Of a DNA stretch of 64,000 nucleotides, positions 29,452 to 44,277 are shown one piece after another (within the stretch, counting starts at the first letter, position 1; each line of letters starts with the position of its first letter). The stretch is from the human T2T-CHM13v2.0 reference genome, Homo sapiens: assembly GCA_009914755.4 (NCBI GenBank), contig CP068257.2, positions 40,544,001 through 40,608,000 of the forward strand, given 5' to 3'. The position numbers and the translations under genes were made by a program. Below the pieces are notes generated by a model. It worked only from the letters and a program-made list of their open reading frames with translations. It ran no database searches and was not told the DNA's origin.

Positions 29452-30432
29452 ATGTGTGTGTGTGGTGTAAGTGTGTCTGTGCGGTGTGTGTAGTGTGTGT
29501 ATGTGGTGGGGTGTGTGTGTGGTGTGTTTGTGTGGTATATGTCTGGTGTGTGGTGTGGTGTATGTATGGGAGATGTGTGGTGTGTGATGTGTGGTGTGCA
29601 TGTAGTGTGTATGTAGTGTCTGTATGGTGTGTGGTGCGGTGTGTGGATGTGGTGTGTGGTGTGTGTGATGTATGGTGTGTGGTACACTGTGTGCATGTGT
29701 GTGTGTGTGGTATGGTGTGTGTGATGTATGGTGTTGTGTGTGTGTGTGTGGTATGTGGTATATGTATATGTGATATGTGTGTGGTATGTGTATGAGGTGT
29801 GTGGTTGTGTGTGTGAGGTGTGTGGTGTAGTGTGATGTGGTGTGTGTCTGAGATGTGTGGTGTGGTGTGTGTAGTGTGTGTGTTGTGTGGCATGTGTGGT
29901 GGTGTGTGTGTGAGGTGTGTGGTGTGGTGTGTGTTTATGGTGTGTGTGTGTGAGGTAGGTGTTTTGTGTTGTATGTGTTGTGTGTGGTATATGATGTGGT
30001 GTGGCACGGTATGTGTGTGAGGTGTGTGGTGTATGTGGTTTGTGTGTGTGGTGTGTGGTTTGTGTGATGTGTGTGAGGTGTGTGGTGTGGTGTGTGTCGT
30101 TTGTATGTGTGATGTGTGTGGCGTGTGTGCACACATCTGTGTGGTGTGCGTGTAGTGAATGTGTGTTTGGGTATGTGTGTGTTGTGTGTGTATGGTGTGA
30201 GTGGTGTGTGGTGTGTATGTGTGGTGTGTGTGTGGTGTGTGGTGTATATGTGTGGTGTGTGTATGTGCCTGTGTGTGTGGTGTGCATGGGGTGAATGTGT
30301 GTTTGGGTATGTGTGGTGTGTGTGTGGTTTGTGTGTGTGGTGTATATGTGTGGGGTGTGTGTGTGGTGTATATATGGGGCATGTGTGTGGTGTGTGTAGT
30401 CTGTGTGCATGGCATGGGGTGTGGGTGTCTGT
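29452..30432. repeat. About 1 kb of GT-rich cryptic simple repeat, (TG)n interrupted by GGTGTGT/TGTGTGGTGTG motifs
   Basis: Continuous gtgtgtgtggtgtaagtgtgtctgtgcggtgtgtgtagtgtgtgtatgtggtgg... The 358-aa and 344-aa His/Thr/Pro-rich - strand ORFs and the Cys/Val-rich + strand ORFs are repeat artefacts. Confidence 0.95.
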
Positions 30433-31195
30433 ATAGAAAAATGAAGAGGAGCTCCCTGAGTTAACATACCTGGGACCCACTGGACAATTGAGCCTCATGT
30501 TTTTTTAAAACCTTAATGGTTAGAAGACTGGGAAATAGTTTTTTTTTAAACCATAAGCAATTTCTGTGCCCAGAAGTGAGGAATTCCTTGGGTGGAATAT
30601 TTCGTTGCTCTGGTAAGCCTCACAGTGTCATTGGTGTGCGTTTGGCCGTGGGGGAAGAAAAGGAGGAAGAGGTGATGGCTCCAGTGAAACTGCAGGGACT
30701 TGGCGCCAGTGGAGCTGGCAGTGGCCTCCACTGGCCAGTAGGGACCAATCGTTAAACCCACTCTTGGTCCAAAATTGAATTATTTTAAAACCAAGAGTAC
30801 TAAATCCTCAATCCTCAAACCTTATCAATTCCTAGTTATGTTATCCCATTTTATTCTGTCAGTTCCGGAGGTTGTTGATGGTGGAAATACTCCACGACAG
30901 GGTGCAGCTGCACCTCTCTTCCTGATGTGTCCAGGGAAGTCATATTGGGCACTTTTAATTGGTCAGTGGTAGGAGCATTGACACCATGGAATTTGGCAAA
31001 CTCTACAAGCCAGGGAGTTATTTTGAACCCCCAAATCTGATTGTTCAGTGTGGATCAGTATACCACTGCTTAAAGCCGTGGCTTTTTGGCTTTCCAGGTT
31101 GATGAGGCCTCACTCTCCCCTTATATCAGTCAGAATAGTTCCTTAGCAATACGGGAAGCTACTCTCCTGTTAAGATCTGTTAAGATGTGAGTATG

Positions 31196-31494
31196 GCCGG
31201 GTGTGGTGGCTCACGCCTATAATCCCAGCACTTTGGGAGGCCGAGACGGGCAGATCACAAGGTCAGGAGATCGAGACCATCCTGGCTAACACGGTGAAAC
31301 CCCGTCTCTACTAAAAATGCAAAAAAATTAGCCAGGCATGGTGGTGAGTGCCTGTAGCCCCAGCTACTCAGGAGGCTGAGGCAGGAGAATGGCGTGAACC
31401 CGGGAGGTGGAGCTTGCAGTGAGCTGAGATCGCACCACTGCACTACAGCCTGGGAGACAGAGCAAGACTCTGTCTAAAAAAAAAAAAAAAAAAA
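31196..31494 (+). mobile_element. Alu SINE, young AluY-like
   Basis: GGCCGGGTGTGGTGGCTCACGCCTATAATCCCAGCACTTTGGGAGGCCGAGACGGGCAGATCACAAGGTCAGGAGATCGAGACCATCCTGGCTAACACGGTGAAACCCCGTCTCTACTAAAAATGC... with A19 tail. TSD is AAGATG(TG/CA)AGTAT. Confidence 0.92.
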
Positions 31495-32063
31495 GATGCA
31501 AGTATCTCAGTATCTTAGGACAGCCAGGGATAAAAAACATGGTCATTCAAAAACAAATAAGCCCAAGTTGTTTCAAATATAAGAGGAAAAAATAAGGTAA
31601 AACTGTCAATTTCTTAAAAACAAACTACTAGTTAAGGAAAAACCATGACTAATAGAGAAGAATATATTATTGACCATTTCTAGAACATGCACACAAAAGA
31701 CAAAGCTAGAGTTGCCAGTATTAGTATTAGCAGGAAAATTATGCCAGTAACAGTATTAGCAGAAAAAAAAGGAAGCAAATTTCATGTTCCTACATCAGAG
31801 AATAGCTGAATAAATTATGGCACTTACAATTCAAGGAAAGATGATGTGGCTAATAAAATAATGGGTACGATCTGCATATATGGCCATGGAATGCTTTCAA
31901 GATATGGAAAAGGTAACATGATTAGTACAATTCCATAGTGATTTAAAAGGAAAACTACCTCACATAAATAATGCACACACACAGACACACACACACTCAC
32001 AATTACTTATGTGTTATGATCAGAGGAAGTTATGGAAGGATGTTGTTTTGGTCTGCTTGGGGT

Positions 32064-32403
32064 ATGATAGGGTTTGGCTGTGTCCCCACCCACATCTCAT
32101 CTTGAATTCCCACGTGTTGTGGGAGGGACCCAATCGGAGGTAGTTGAATCATGGGGGTAGGTCTTTCCCATGTTGTTCTCATGATAGTGAATAAGTTTCA
32201 CGATATCTGATGGTTTTAAAAAGGAGAGTTTCCCTGCACAAGCTCTCTTCTCTTGTCTGCCGCCATGTGAGACGTGCCTTTCGCCTTCCACCATGATTGT
32301 GAGGCCTTCCCAGCCATATGTAAGTTCATTAAACCTCTTTCTTTTGTAAATTGCCCAGTCTCACGTATGTCTTTATCAGCAGCATGAAAACGGATTAATA
32401 CAG
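32064..32403 (+). mobile_element. THE1-type MaLR (ERVL-MaLR) solo LTR carrying internal deletions
   Basis: tgatagggtttggctgtgtccccacccacatctcatcttgaattcccacgtgttgtgggagggaccc...catgggggtaggtctttcccatgttgttctcatgatagtgaataagtttcacgatatctgatggttttaaaaaggagagtttccctgcacaagctctc...gccgccatgtgagac...aattgcccagtctcacgtatgtctttatcagcagcatgaaaacggattaataca. Confidence 0.82.
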
Positions 32404-33420
32404 GATGCTATAACACAACAGCATACAGTGGGTGGCTTAAACAACAGAAATTTATTTCTTACAGTTCTGGAGGCCACAGCCTTAGTGTTCTCTTCTGAAC
32501 ATGGCTTCTCATTTTTTACAACATAGATAGGCTGAGATTTTTCCAAATCTTTAAGTTCTAGTTCTGTTTTGCTTAGCAATTCTTTCTTCAATCCATTATC
32601 TTTTCTCACATTTCACTATAAGCAGTCAGGAGGAACCAAGCCACTCCTTCACGACTTTGCTTGGAAATATTCCCAGCTAAAGATCCCATTTCATCTTTTA
32701 CAAGTTTCACCTTCCACAAAACACTAGAACAGGAACACATGTCAGCCCAGTTTTTTGCTACTTTATAACAAAGATCACCTTTCCTCTGCTGTCCCACGCC
32801 ATGTTTCTCATTTCCCCCTGAGACCTCACCCACATGGCCTTTGGTATTCCTACCAGCATTCTGCTCATGGTTGTCTGTGTGTCCTCTGAGATGATGAATG
32901 CTTTCCCTCCAGCTCTCCTCTCCCCTTTCTGAGCCCTCAGCAAACTGACTTTAGTGCTTCCTTCACAGCTATCTCAGCTTTTTCTAGCATGGACCCCCAA
33001 ACTCTTCCAGCCTCCACTCATCACCAAGCTCCAAAGCTGCATCCATATTTGTGGTTCTTGGTTACAGCAGCATCCCACTCCTCAGGGCCACTTTCTGTCT
33101 CAGTCAGCTTAGGCCGCCATGGGGACTGGGTGGCTCAAAAGCAACAGGCTCCCAGTTCCAGAGCCTGGGAAGTGTGAGATCAGGGTGGTGGCAGGGTCAG
33201 GGTCTGGTGGGGGCCCTCTTCGTGACTGGCCAACAGAAGACTTCTTGCTGTGTCTCCCATGGTTAGGGTTGAGAGAGCATGAACATGCTGGTGTCTCTCT
33301 CTTTGTATAGGGCACCAATCCAAACATGAGAGCCCCACCCTCGTGACCTTATCTCCTCCCCAATGCAGCACCTCCAAATACCACCACATTGGAAATCAGG
33401 GGTTCAGCACGTGGATTTTG
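32404..33420 (+). mobile_element. Older interspersed repeat of the common human family that starts ...tataacacaacag..ggtggcttaaacaacagaaatttatttctcacagttctggaggc... and ends ...ccaccacattggaaatcaggggttcagcac. Family name not recalled.
   Basis: Start and end motifs match a widespread repeat consensus recalled from memory. THE1 lies immediately upstream. Confidence 0.4.
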
Positions 33421-34629
33421 GGAGTCCATAGCAGAAATACACCCAATTTTTAAGTATCTGATACGTGCATTGGGAGTGAAAAAGGCTAGAAGCATTGTTT
33501 CATATATCTTTATTTTGTTATAATTTATCCTATTTTTTCGAAAGAGATCTTCCGCTTCTTTTTGTTTTCTGAATAATTTGGTCCTAAAGTCATGAGATGG
33601 GCTGAGCAGGATAGGGTTCTATTCTGGCATGGACAGGGCAGTACCCTGAGTCAGAGGAGGTGCAGGAGTTTGAGCAGGGTGAGGGTCGTGCTCATGGAGG
33701 GGAGGCCTGGTGTAGAGGTGAGAGCTGGGGGAGATTGGGAGGCATCCTTTGGTGGGGGCAGCTGACTCAGATTGTATGTACCCCAGCAGGGGCAGGTGGG
33801 TACCCCACAGGGGGGCTGAACGCTGCAGCTCATGTCTATTCCTTATGTCTTTCAGGGTTCACCCAGGGCCCGAAAGCTTGTGTCTGGACCATTGAGAAAG
33901 ACAACTGGACAGTTCTATGTGGATACGAACATGCAGGAGGAAGTCCATGCTTCCTAGCACAGGCCCTAGAATCAGAGTAAACGAGGTCAGAAGTCAGCTG
34001 CCCCACTGGCTGTGTGCCCTAGACAAGCCAGGGGCTCCTCTGTGCCTCAGTTACCTCACCTGGAAAATGGGAATCACTTTGGAGGGACCAACTTGTCCTG
34101 GTTTTAGCACTGAAATTCCCACTTTCCAGGAACTCCTCTCCCCTCCTTCCCAGTCCTGGCAAAGCCACCCTAAATAATCCCCACAGTGCTAGGCTGCGCT
34201 GAGAGTAAAGTGCTGAGCGCGGGGCAGTCACTTGGTAACAGGTAGTTACTGCTTTCATAATAATGGAAGCAGTTTACAGACATCTGCTTGGGAGAAAGTA
34301 TGAAACTGTCCACCACCCACAGTCTGGAACTGCTAGGCTTTTAGTTTGTGGAGGCCTCGCCGACTGTCTCCTTCTCTTCTGCAGTTAGAGAAGGGCTGCA
34401 GGAGTGTTAGCAACAACTCAGCCAGAAAGAGAAACCAGTGTATTTCCTGTGATCAAGTCACACAGCCTAGGCTGCAACAGCGAGACAGCCAGTAGTTAAG
34501 AAGTTGGCTCTAAGACTGAGCAACCAGGAAGAGCTTTGGCTGTGGGCTAAGATGGAAACCACGAGCGGAAGTCAGACATAGCCCAGGGAGAAGGGGGCTG
34601 GGCGAGGCATTTACTCATTTAGAAATCTA

Positions 34630-34730
34630 TCATCTCTCTCTCTCTGCCTACCTATCTATGTATCTATCATCTATCTATCTCTTTATCTATCTGTTCATCA
34701 TTGATTCATTCCTTCCTTCATTCAAAAAGA
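34630..34730. repeat. (TCTA)n/(TCTATC)n-like microsatellite, imperfect
   Basis: tctctctctctgcctacctatctatgtatctatcatctatctatctctttatctatctgttcatc. Confidence 0.85.
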
Positions 34731-35192
34731 TGTCCTACATATGGTTGCTTCATATTGGTTGAGCTCAGTTATGTTGCTAAAAAGATTTTTTTTTCAATTT
34801 AAGAGGCATGGACATTTTGCAGTGGATTTCAGTGGAAAGTTGATGTTTGTGGGTTCAGAAGTCAGTCCTTCCCACACGAGCTCCAGGCCCAACACTTGCA
34901 TCTGCTGGGAAGCAGGTTGCAAGCCCTGTGAATGCTTCCGGGACAACAGTTCCCTGTCTCAGCCTCTGATATGAGCTGTGCCATGGTGCACACTCTTGCA
35001 ATGGGGTGGCACGAATATCGCAGTCAGCCAAGATCCTCTGCTATCCTAGAATTCCCAGGAAACTCCCCTTGAGAGCTTTAATCATTTGTTTGCCCTTCAA
35101 TAACTGCTTATGGAGAAGTTCCCAGACTCACTGACACCTATCATTTTAGGGGACAGTTATGAATGAAAAACACTTTAAATTGACAATGATTG

Positions 35193-35517
<325 letters not shown>

Positions 35518-38500
35518 TTATAATACATCTTTTAAATTATGTTGTAAATCAGTTGACAATATATTATTTAATGTCCCAAAATATATTAGTGTCTATACAA
35601 CTTTGAAGAGTTATGAAGTATGGCAACATAAAATTGCAGAAGCAACTCAAGTGCAATATACAGTGGCTGTAAATATACTTCGTAGCTAAGTTTTTCTGGA
35701 CACGGAAGTGGGAAACATTCAACTTTTTAAAACTAGTGATTTCAGCTCTCTAGACTAGACTTAATTTTGTGTACAGAAAACAAAACCTTTTCCCCAGAAC
35801 ATGACTGCCTGCTTTTTCCCTGACATTGCATAGATGCCATTTGGCATAGAACATTTTTAGATTTATGTGCCCAATTGTAGAATCCTTGACAAATAATGCT
35901 TCTGGTATGGACTTCTGAAAATGACCCCAGTGTCAGCTTGCATTTAAGAGCACATTTTTCCATGGGGAATTCTAAAAGTATGGCAGGTACTGACTTTCCC
36001 AGTGAAGATGTGGCCAGGGTTGGCAAATTCCCAGCACAGTGTCCCTGCCCCGTTCCGTGGCAGACATCACTAATCAATCAGAGCCTCAGGCCCCGCTGAG
36101 TGTGGGCTTGGCTCCACAGGAATTAAGGCAGTGACAGCCGTACTGGCAGATCGGACTGGGCATGTAAGATGAACCCGAATGGCCTCCTCCTCAGGTGAGA
36201 TACTTTGTGCTGACGGGAGCTCTATTGGTGTTCGCTTCATCAGCCCTTGCTACACAGTTTAGAAGCCATCGGAGCTCTCAAGTCTCAACCCTCAGAAATG
36301 ACTGTGTTAACCAATATCCTGTCATCTCCATCTCACCTCCTCGGCCCTGGGGTTGTCCCCCTGGCCAAGAACCACCCTGTAGGTGATGCTGGGCCATACT
36401 TGCCCCTGCACAAAACCCCGCCTGGATCCCAGTGGATTCCTCAGCACCTGTGTGGCTGTGGCATGTGGGCTTCCAGAGATCTTGTGTGAAGGGAAGACCA
36501 AGCCTATAGCCCTGGAGGCCAGGGGCCAAATTTGGAATATTTTTCCAACACCCACAGTGTTGCAGAGCTCTCTATACTGAGTCCTACAGTTTGGTACCAT
36601 GAGGAATTACAGTGAGGCAATCTATTTACAAATGAAACAAAAACAGGCTTTTATGGACTGGCCTGGGAACCTCACCCTTGCACAGATGGGAAAATGCATT
36701 CTCACTGCTGAACAATAAGCCCACGAAAGCACTGGCTCGCCTGGGACTGCCAACACGGGATGGTGTGCGCTGCCTACAGACCAGAGAAGTGGACAGTGGC
36801 GCCTGCCGCAAGCTGCTGGGGCACCCGCTGCAGAGCTGCGGCTGAGGGGGAGGTGGGCTTTTAGCCCCAGCAACTTTAAAGATCCTGTCTCCAGTGCTCC
36901 ATCAGGTTTTATAAAGAGATCTGAATATTCGAAATTTTTAAGTTAAGATTTCGATGGTTTCTAAAGACAAAACCTTTGCTATCAGGGCACATTTGTACAC
37001 AGGGCCCCCAGTCTGACTTTTAAAGAGCGCAGCCAGGAGCCAGGAAGGCTGAAACGGAATCACACTGTTAGTCCCTGGCCGCCTCTGGCTCTGCTCTGCT
37101 GGAAGGGCCCTGCCCACTGTCCTGAGGAGCTCAGGATCTCATGGGTTCCAGGTAGCAGGTGAGCTTTCTGTGGCCCCATACACCAGGTGTTCCATGCCAC
37201 CTTGTGCAACCCACTCCACTCAGCTCCGCTTTCCATCCCCAGACCCCCTGCCATCAGCTGGAGACCTGAAGGTAGGGAACAGCTGTCCACATCCAGCGGT
37301 GACTGTGGGAGGTTCACAGCACACTGAGGAGGAGCATTCATCTAGACCCCGAGCTGTCCAACTTACTGCCTTTGAAACCCTCTGAACCCTGGGGAGGCAC
37401 TGACTAGCTTTGCTTTTCTGTCCTCTCGGCTCCCATGAGGCACAAATGGCCTTTCGGTTTTCCTGCAGCCACTGGGACTGTCCCAGCTATGTGGGCAGCA
37501 CCTGGACTGTCTTGGTGAGCAGATTTGAGATTTGGTCAACAACAGTCTGTGATTTCTATCAAATGGCAGCCTACTACACACATATGCCTTTCAACTCCAG
37601 CTACATGAGATATTTTTATGTGGTTTTTCCATTTTCCACATCCTGCAATTATTTAATAGGTGTTGTGGCTGTAAGATTCTGCCGCTGACAGTTGGGAACC
37701 TCTTAGGAGCCCTCTTCCCGTGTTGGGGAGCAAAATGCTCTGCCCCAACGTGACTTTCTATGTTAGTTTTGACGGCGCTATTTCATTTTCTGTCCCAGCT
37801 CATGCTTACCTGGCCTGCTGTGGACAGGCCTCATCCTAGCAGCTGCTTCTCTGTAGAAAACACACAATAAACATCCCACTGCCAACAGCAGCGTACATCC
37901 CAGAACTCATCGGCCACCGGAGCCTGAGACATTTGTTAACATGACAAGGCCAACGGCAGTGCAGAAAGTGAAAATCTTTGAGGAAGCAGGTGCGGCCAGT
38001 CTGCATTCGTCTCAAGCCCTCCCAAGTTTACAAATGAAATCATGAAGGAGCCCAGTTCTCTCCAAGTATAAGCTCCCAGGAGAGGGGTTCCCACTAGGGG
38101 CTATATCTAAAATGGGTCATTGTTCTTGCAGACAAATTCGCCTGCACTGTCCAGTAAAACAGAGGGGCATACATTCCAGGCGTGCCTTCACACATCACTG
38201 TGGCTCGTAGCCACGTGTCAATGTGGTTCATAGCCACTCCCGCTCACTAAATCACACTGCCTGGGCAGGTTCTCCAAAGATCAGAATATGGAAGGGCAGC
38301 ACAGCCGGCCTCAGGGCAAAGCAGTGAAGCACTGGGCCCTGTGTTCGCTGTCTTTGGACCTGGCTGTCCCCTTCTTCCCTCACGCACCCTCTCCCCACAC
38401 CTATTGTACAGAAACCACCATGTGTGACAATTTGTGACCTGTTTTCCCTGTTCCCACACCACCCCCTCTGCCTGCCTACGGTCAAATCCAATTCCCCTGG

Positions 38501-40112
38501 CTTCCTTCTTCGTGTTCCTATTCCCAAACCCTTCTCCCTTTTTTTTTTTTTAACACCTTTCCAGTTTCTCTTTTTGGAAGTGGGCCAGAGTCAGCGATCA
38601 GGGCAGCTCTTTCTGTGAATTGAAAAGGACAGGTGCGTCAAGCCGGTGTAGATTTGCTAGACTCCCCACAGGGTCCTTCTTCAAACCCCTCCTTATTTTT
38701 ATTAAGAAGAAAAATCCCCCACATCTCAAGCTCTCCCTTTCCCAGCTTCAGCCTGCCCTGCCCACCGAAGGCATTTGCAGTTACCCTGCTCTCTCCTGGG
38801 CTTTCTCCCTGGCTCCTGCCCAGAATATTCTAGAATATAGACTCCAGGAGGACTAGAAAAAGCAACTCAGTGGTTTAAAAAAGACTGCTTTGGAGAATGA
38901 CATCTTTAATGCTAAAAACGCTAATTGTCATTAACTTCATTATCTTCGTTATTCTTTATTCATCAAGTTCTTTACATGGAAAGGACCATGTTTCCTCCAG
39001 GACTCGTAGCTGACACCACCCCACCCCCCATTAGACAGCTTCCTCCACTGCTGCCAGAATGGCTTTAAATGGCAGAACACAGTTCCACAGCACACAGCAC
39101 AGCTTGAATACAAACGCCCCTGAGAGGAGCGAGGGCCAAACAGCTGGTCTCAGATGCCAAGAGCAGGTTCTGAAAGGTAAGGAGAGGATGACTGAGCTCA
39201 AGGACACCAAAGATGCAGAGGGGTGGTGACCAGAGGAGGTCCCCGCAGGAGGCTCCAGGGGGGCCCTCAGAGACACAGCTCCTGCCCTTCCCAGCATGGC
39301 CCAGGGTGCTCCAGCAGGGTGAAGCCCCCGCGGGTAAGCCACTCCCTTGCCTGTCATCATCCCAGCCAGCCACCACGCCACAGTCTCCACGCCACAGTCT
39401 CCACACCACAGTCTCCTTGCTGTTTTGTGGTTCTCAGACCTGTTGAGCTTTCAGCAGAGCAAGAAAATAGTCTGCGGCGTATTTTTCAGAGTGAATCATT
39501 TCTTATCCTGTGGTTCATCAGGAAAAAACAAAGCAAAACCCTCATCCTCATGTCCTCGTGGCCTGAGCTCATACACAAATCCTGCCTGCAATGACCTCAG
39601 ACTGCACCAGCAGGTGAGGCCGGCAGTGAGGGCAGCCTGATGGGCTTAGACCAGCAGACCAGGTTAGGAAAGCAGATGGCCCCTTGCAGCAGGGGTGCAA
39701 AGCCCCTGAGGTATGTGTGCAAGGGGACTGGCAAAGCGTTGTGAAAGAGACGGAGGACACTGACCATCAGCGTTGCCACCTCCAGTGGCTCAGGACTGAC
39801 CCGAGGCATGGCTCTCAACTCTGGTCACCCACTGGAGTCCCCTCTTCCTGGATCCCACACCCCAAGCTCCTGCCTTATGGGTCAGGGGTGACAGTCACTC
39901 CCCAGGTGATTCTACAGGGCAGCCTGGCTTCAGAACTGTGATGGCATCACACTCAGTCACTGTGCAAGAGGCAGGGAGGCCTGGCCAGTCTGGGTGGGGC
40001 TGGAGGGTTAGGTGTTCATGACAGATGGGGAGGGAGTTGGCACGCTCTGCCAGGGCTGACGTTACGATGATACCATTTTCAAGAAGGAATACAGAAGTGA
40101 TGTGGGCACTTA

Positions 40113-40479
<367 letters not shown>

Positions 40480-42861
40480 TCAGAATGTGGCCAGTGTGTT
40501 GGGCAAACTCTGGATGATTCTTGCACACATTCAGTTTCAGGTGTTCTCTGTCTGGGAGGCAGACTTGAATCGCCTGGGAAGATGCCCAGTCTCACCCCAT
40601 CAGAATCTCTGAGGGATCCCAGGCTGTGGGCCTTGCCATAGGCAGGAGGTGGGGCATGGAGTTAGATCATCGGGAAAGGGCTGCGGGGAGGGATTCCGGG
40701 AGCTGGAGACCCCCTGGGCCAGGTCCCTGCAGGGGAACAGGAGGTGGATTTGAGAAGAAGGACACTGCATACCTGGGGCTGGAGAGGCACGTGCCATCAT
40801 CCCAATGCCTGAGGCAATGGAGCAAAGGGAAGGAAGGGACATCCCTCCGCTCCCCACGTCTGTGATGCTGTGGCTGGGCTCACAGGTGCTGGGAATGCCC
40901 CATCATCACACTCAGCTGCCACACAGGAAAGGACAGTGGCTTGAATAGAGAACAGAGACCCTCAGTGTTTGGCCCTCCACCTCTCAGGAGTGAATCAAGC
41001 ACACCTAAAACGAGTTAATGTGGCTGGAGGCACTGATCACCCCCAGGCAGCCCCACACTCAGGCCTTTCCCACCCGAGGCACTCGTTAGAGGCGCTGGCA
41101 GCCTCAGCTGCCCCGGCTGGAGAAGCCACAGGAGCCAGCCAAGGGCAGGCGCTGCAGGAGCATGGGCGGATGACACCGATGATGGGCTTCATGGAGATGC
41201 CTGCAGACAATGCCAGCAGCTAAGGGAGCCGCACTGATCTCAGGCTGCAGGAAAGGTGCTGTCTCAGAAGTGGGTTCTGCTCTCCTCTGAGGGGCTCAGG
41301 CCCCTCAGGAGAGCTGGGGGTGGGGGAGTCACAACTTCTTATGGGGGGAGCTGAGAAATCCAAGTGCACCCAGAGGTAGGTGGCCAGAGAGCAGTGGCTG
41401 AAGGGCGTGTCCTGCTGGATGTGGATGGGCTGATTCAAGAAAATGATGAAAACAATTTTTATGTGTAGACCTGATTTGCCCAAGACAGGTTCCCAAGTCG
41501 TTTGTGGAAAAGGAAAGGCACCCCCTGACTGTCAGTCACAGGCCGGTGACCTCACCACTGTTTGGGTGATTGCATTGCTGTTATTATAGACGGGTTGCAA
41601 CATTCAGCTCCTGGCCTGGTTCCTGGAAATGGCATGCTGGGGACCCTAAGAAATGATGCACACGTGGGAAGACAAAGCTGACCCCAGCAGCAGGCTGTGG
41701 GTGAGAGGCAGCGCAGCTGTGGGAGGCCAGCCTCACCTCCTCCCCTCTGGAAACAGCTGTGTGTTCAGGGGCCATGCTCCAGAGAAGGAAGTGAGCAGCC
41801 AAAGACTGGGAAGTAATGCTTGTAAATATGCTAAAAACAGAAGAAAAGATGGACATGAGGGGTGCAAAGAGAGAGCATCCCAGTGGAGAACTGGAATCTG
41901 CAAAAGTCACCAATTAACATTCCAGAAGCACAAATAACTATTTGACATGAGGGTATTGCAGATGGCTTTAAGAGCAGGCTGCATCTAGCCGAACATAAGA
42001 TTAATATGCTTCAAGATGGATCAATAGAAAACATCCAAAGCAAATCATGGAGAGAAAAAAATGGTAGAAACAGAACATTATGTTGATATAGTCAATGCCA
42101 ACACAGGTGTGACTGGAGTCCTGGAGAAAGGGGGAGAGTGGGGAGGGAGAGGGAGGGAGAGAGACAGGGAGATGCAAGATTTGAAGAAATAATAGATAAA
42201 TATTTTCTAAATCTTATGAAAGACAGCAACCCACAGAGTCAAGAAATTAGATCCAAGCCAGATGAATAAGTTCTTAAAGGATTATACTCAGGCACAACAT
42301 AGTCAAACTATCTCTAAACAAATCTATCAACTGTTATCATTAATAAATAATCTTAGAAAATTCACTAAAATGTGAAAATTAAACAGTATTCTCTTAAATA
42401 AACGATAGTTCAAAGAAGAAATCACAAAGGAAATTGGAAAATACTTTAAAATGAATGAAAATAAATAGAAACACCACATACCAAAAGGTCCAGGATGCAG
42501 CAAAAGCAGCACTGAGAGGCAAATCTATGGCTGCCAATGCCTGTATTTAAAAAAAAATCTCAGATAAATAACCTAAACTTCCTCCTGAGAACCTAGAAAA
42601 AGGAGAGCAAGCTAAACCCAAAGCAAGCAGAAAGAAGGAAATAAAGATTAGTACAGAAACAAGTGATCTTAGCAAGGTTGCGGGCTATAAAGTCAATATA
42701 CAAAGGTCAATACTATTTTTTATAGACTAACACCAAACATTTAGACAGCAAGACTAAAATATATCATTTACAATGAGATAAAAAATATTAAATACTTAAG
42801 AATAAATACAACTCAAGATGAACAAGAACTCAACCCTGAAAACTTTAAAAATCTGCAGAGA

Positions 42862-43155
42862 GCTGGGCCTGGTGGCTCACGCCTGTAATCCCAGCACTTT
42901 GGGAGGCCAAAGCAGGCAGATCACTTGAGCTCAGGAGTTTGAGACCAGCCTGGGCAACATGGCAAAACCTGGTCTCTACTGAAAGTACAAAAAATTAGCC
43001 GGGTGTGGTGCACGTCTGTAGTCCCAGCTACTTGGGAGGCTGAGGTGGGAGGATCACCTGGGCCCAGGAGGTTGAGGCTGCAGTGAGCCGTGATTGCTGT
43101 ACTCCAGCCTGGGTGACAGGAGTGTGACCCTGTCCCAACAAAACAAAACAAAACA
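42862..43155 (+). mobile_element. Alu SINE, older AluS/J-like, nested in the L1
   Basis: GGGCCTGGTGGCTCACGCCTGTAATCCCAGCACTTTGGGAGGCCAAAGCAGGCAGATCACTTGAGCTCAGGAGTTTGAGACC... TSD is CTGCAGAGA. Confidence 0.9.
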
Positions 43156-43872
43156 CTGCAGAGATAAATTTTAAAAGACAAATAAATGGAGAGCTATTCT
43201 ACATTTATGGATCAGGACATTTAATGTGTTAAGATATCATTTCTCCTCAAATTAATCTATGAATGTGGCGTAGTCAAAACCCCAGTATGCTTGTTTTCTT
43301 CTTTCTCTCCTGCTCCCTTTTTTGAAGACAATTGACAAGGTGATTCTAAAATTTATACAGAAATAACATCCAGAACAGCCAACACAACCTTGAAGAAAAT
43401 TGGAGAACTTACACTATCATATTTCAAAACTTAGTTAAAAACTACCGTAATTAAGATGGCGTGGTGTTGGTACAAGTACAGATAAACAGAGCAGTGGAGA
43501 AGAACAGATGGTTCAGAGATTTACCTTCCTCCCATATACGGCCATTGGTTACATCAAAGAGCCAGTGCAATGAAGACAGGAGGGCGTTTTCAATCCCTAG
43601 TGCTGGAGACACTAAGAAAGCATTTGGAAAAAATGCACCTTTCAGCCTACATAGAAATTAATTCAAGATGCATCATAAACTTAAATCTGAAAATGAAAAC
43701 AGTGCTGCTTCTAGAAGAAAGCAAATAAATGTATTTTCATATTCTTCATTTCTTCAGAGATTTCTTAAAGAAAACACACACATACTAACTATAAAAGTGA
43801 TTAGATTTCATTAAAACTAAGAACTTCTGTCATCAAAAAACAAAGACGAAAACTGACATCATTACAAAATTA

Positions 43873-44277
<405 letters not shown>

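Noticed and set aside
29339-30498. Very long - strand ORFs (358, 344 and 187 aa) rich in His/Thr/Pro, and + strand Cys/Val-rich ORFs
   Set aside because: Pure artefact of the GT/AC-rich simple repeat. Low complexity and frame-independent.
33825-33985. Strong-looking splice acceptor (ctattccttatgtctttcag) followed by ~110 nt open in two frames (..GSPRARKLVSGPLRKTTGQFYVDTNMQEEVHAS* and ..KACVWTIEKDNWTVLCGYEHAGGSPCF..)
   Set aside because: No recognisable protein homology from memory. A pyrimidine tract plus AG occurs often by chance. It would need RNA-seq or a conservation check before being called an exon.
36119-36386. atgaacccgaatggcctcctcctcag|gtgaga looked like a first coding exon with a donor. 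The following 63-aa ORF (MRYFVLTGALLVFASSALA...) looks signal-peptide-like.
   Set aside because: The ORF-track M is actually a GTG codon, because the track uses bacterial start rules. The ATG frame hits TGA within the gtgag. With no conservation or transcript evidence available, I cannot support an exon.
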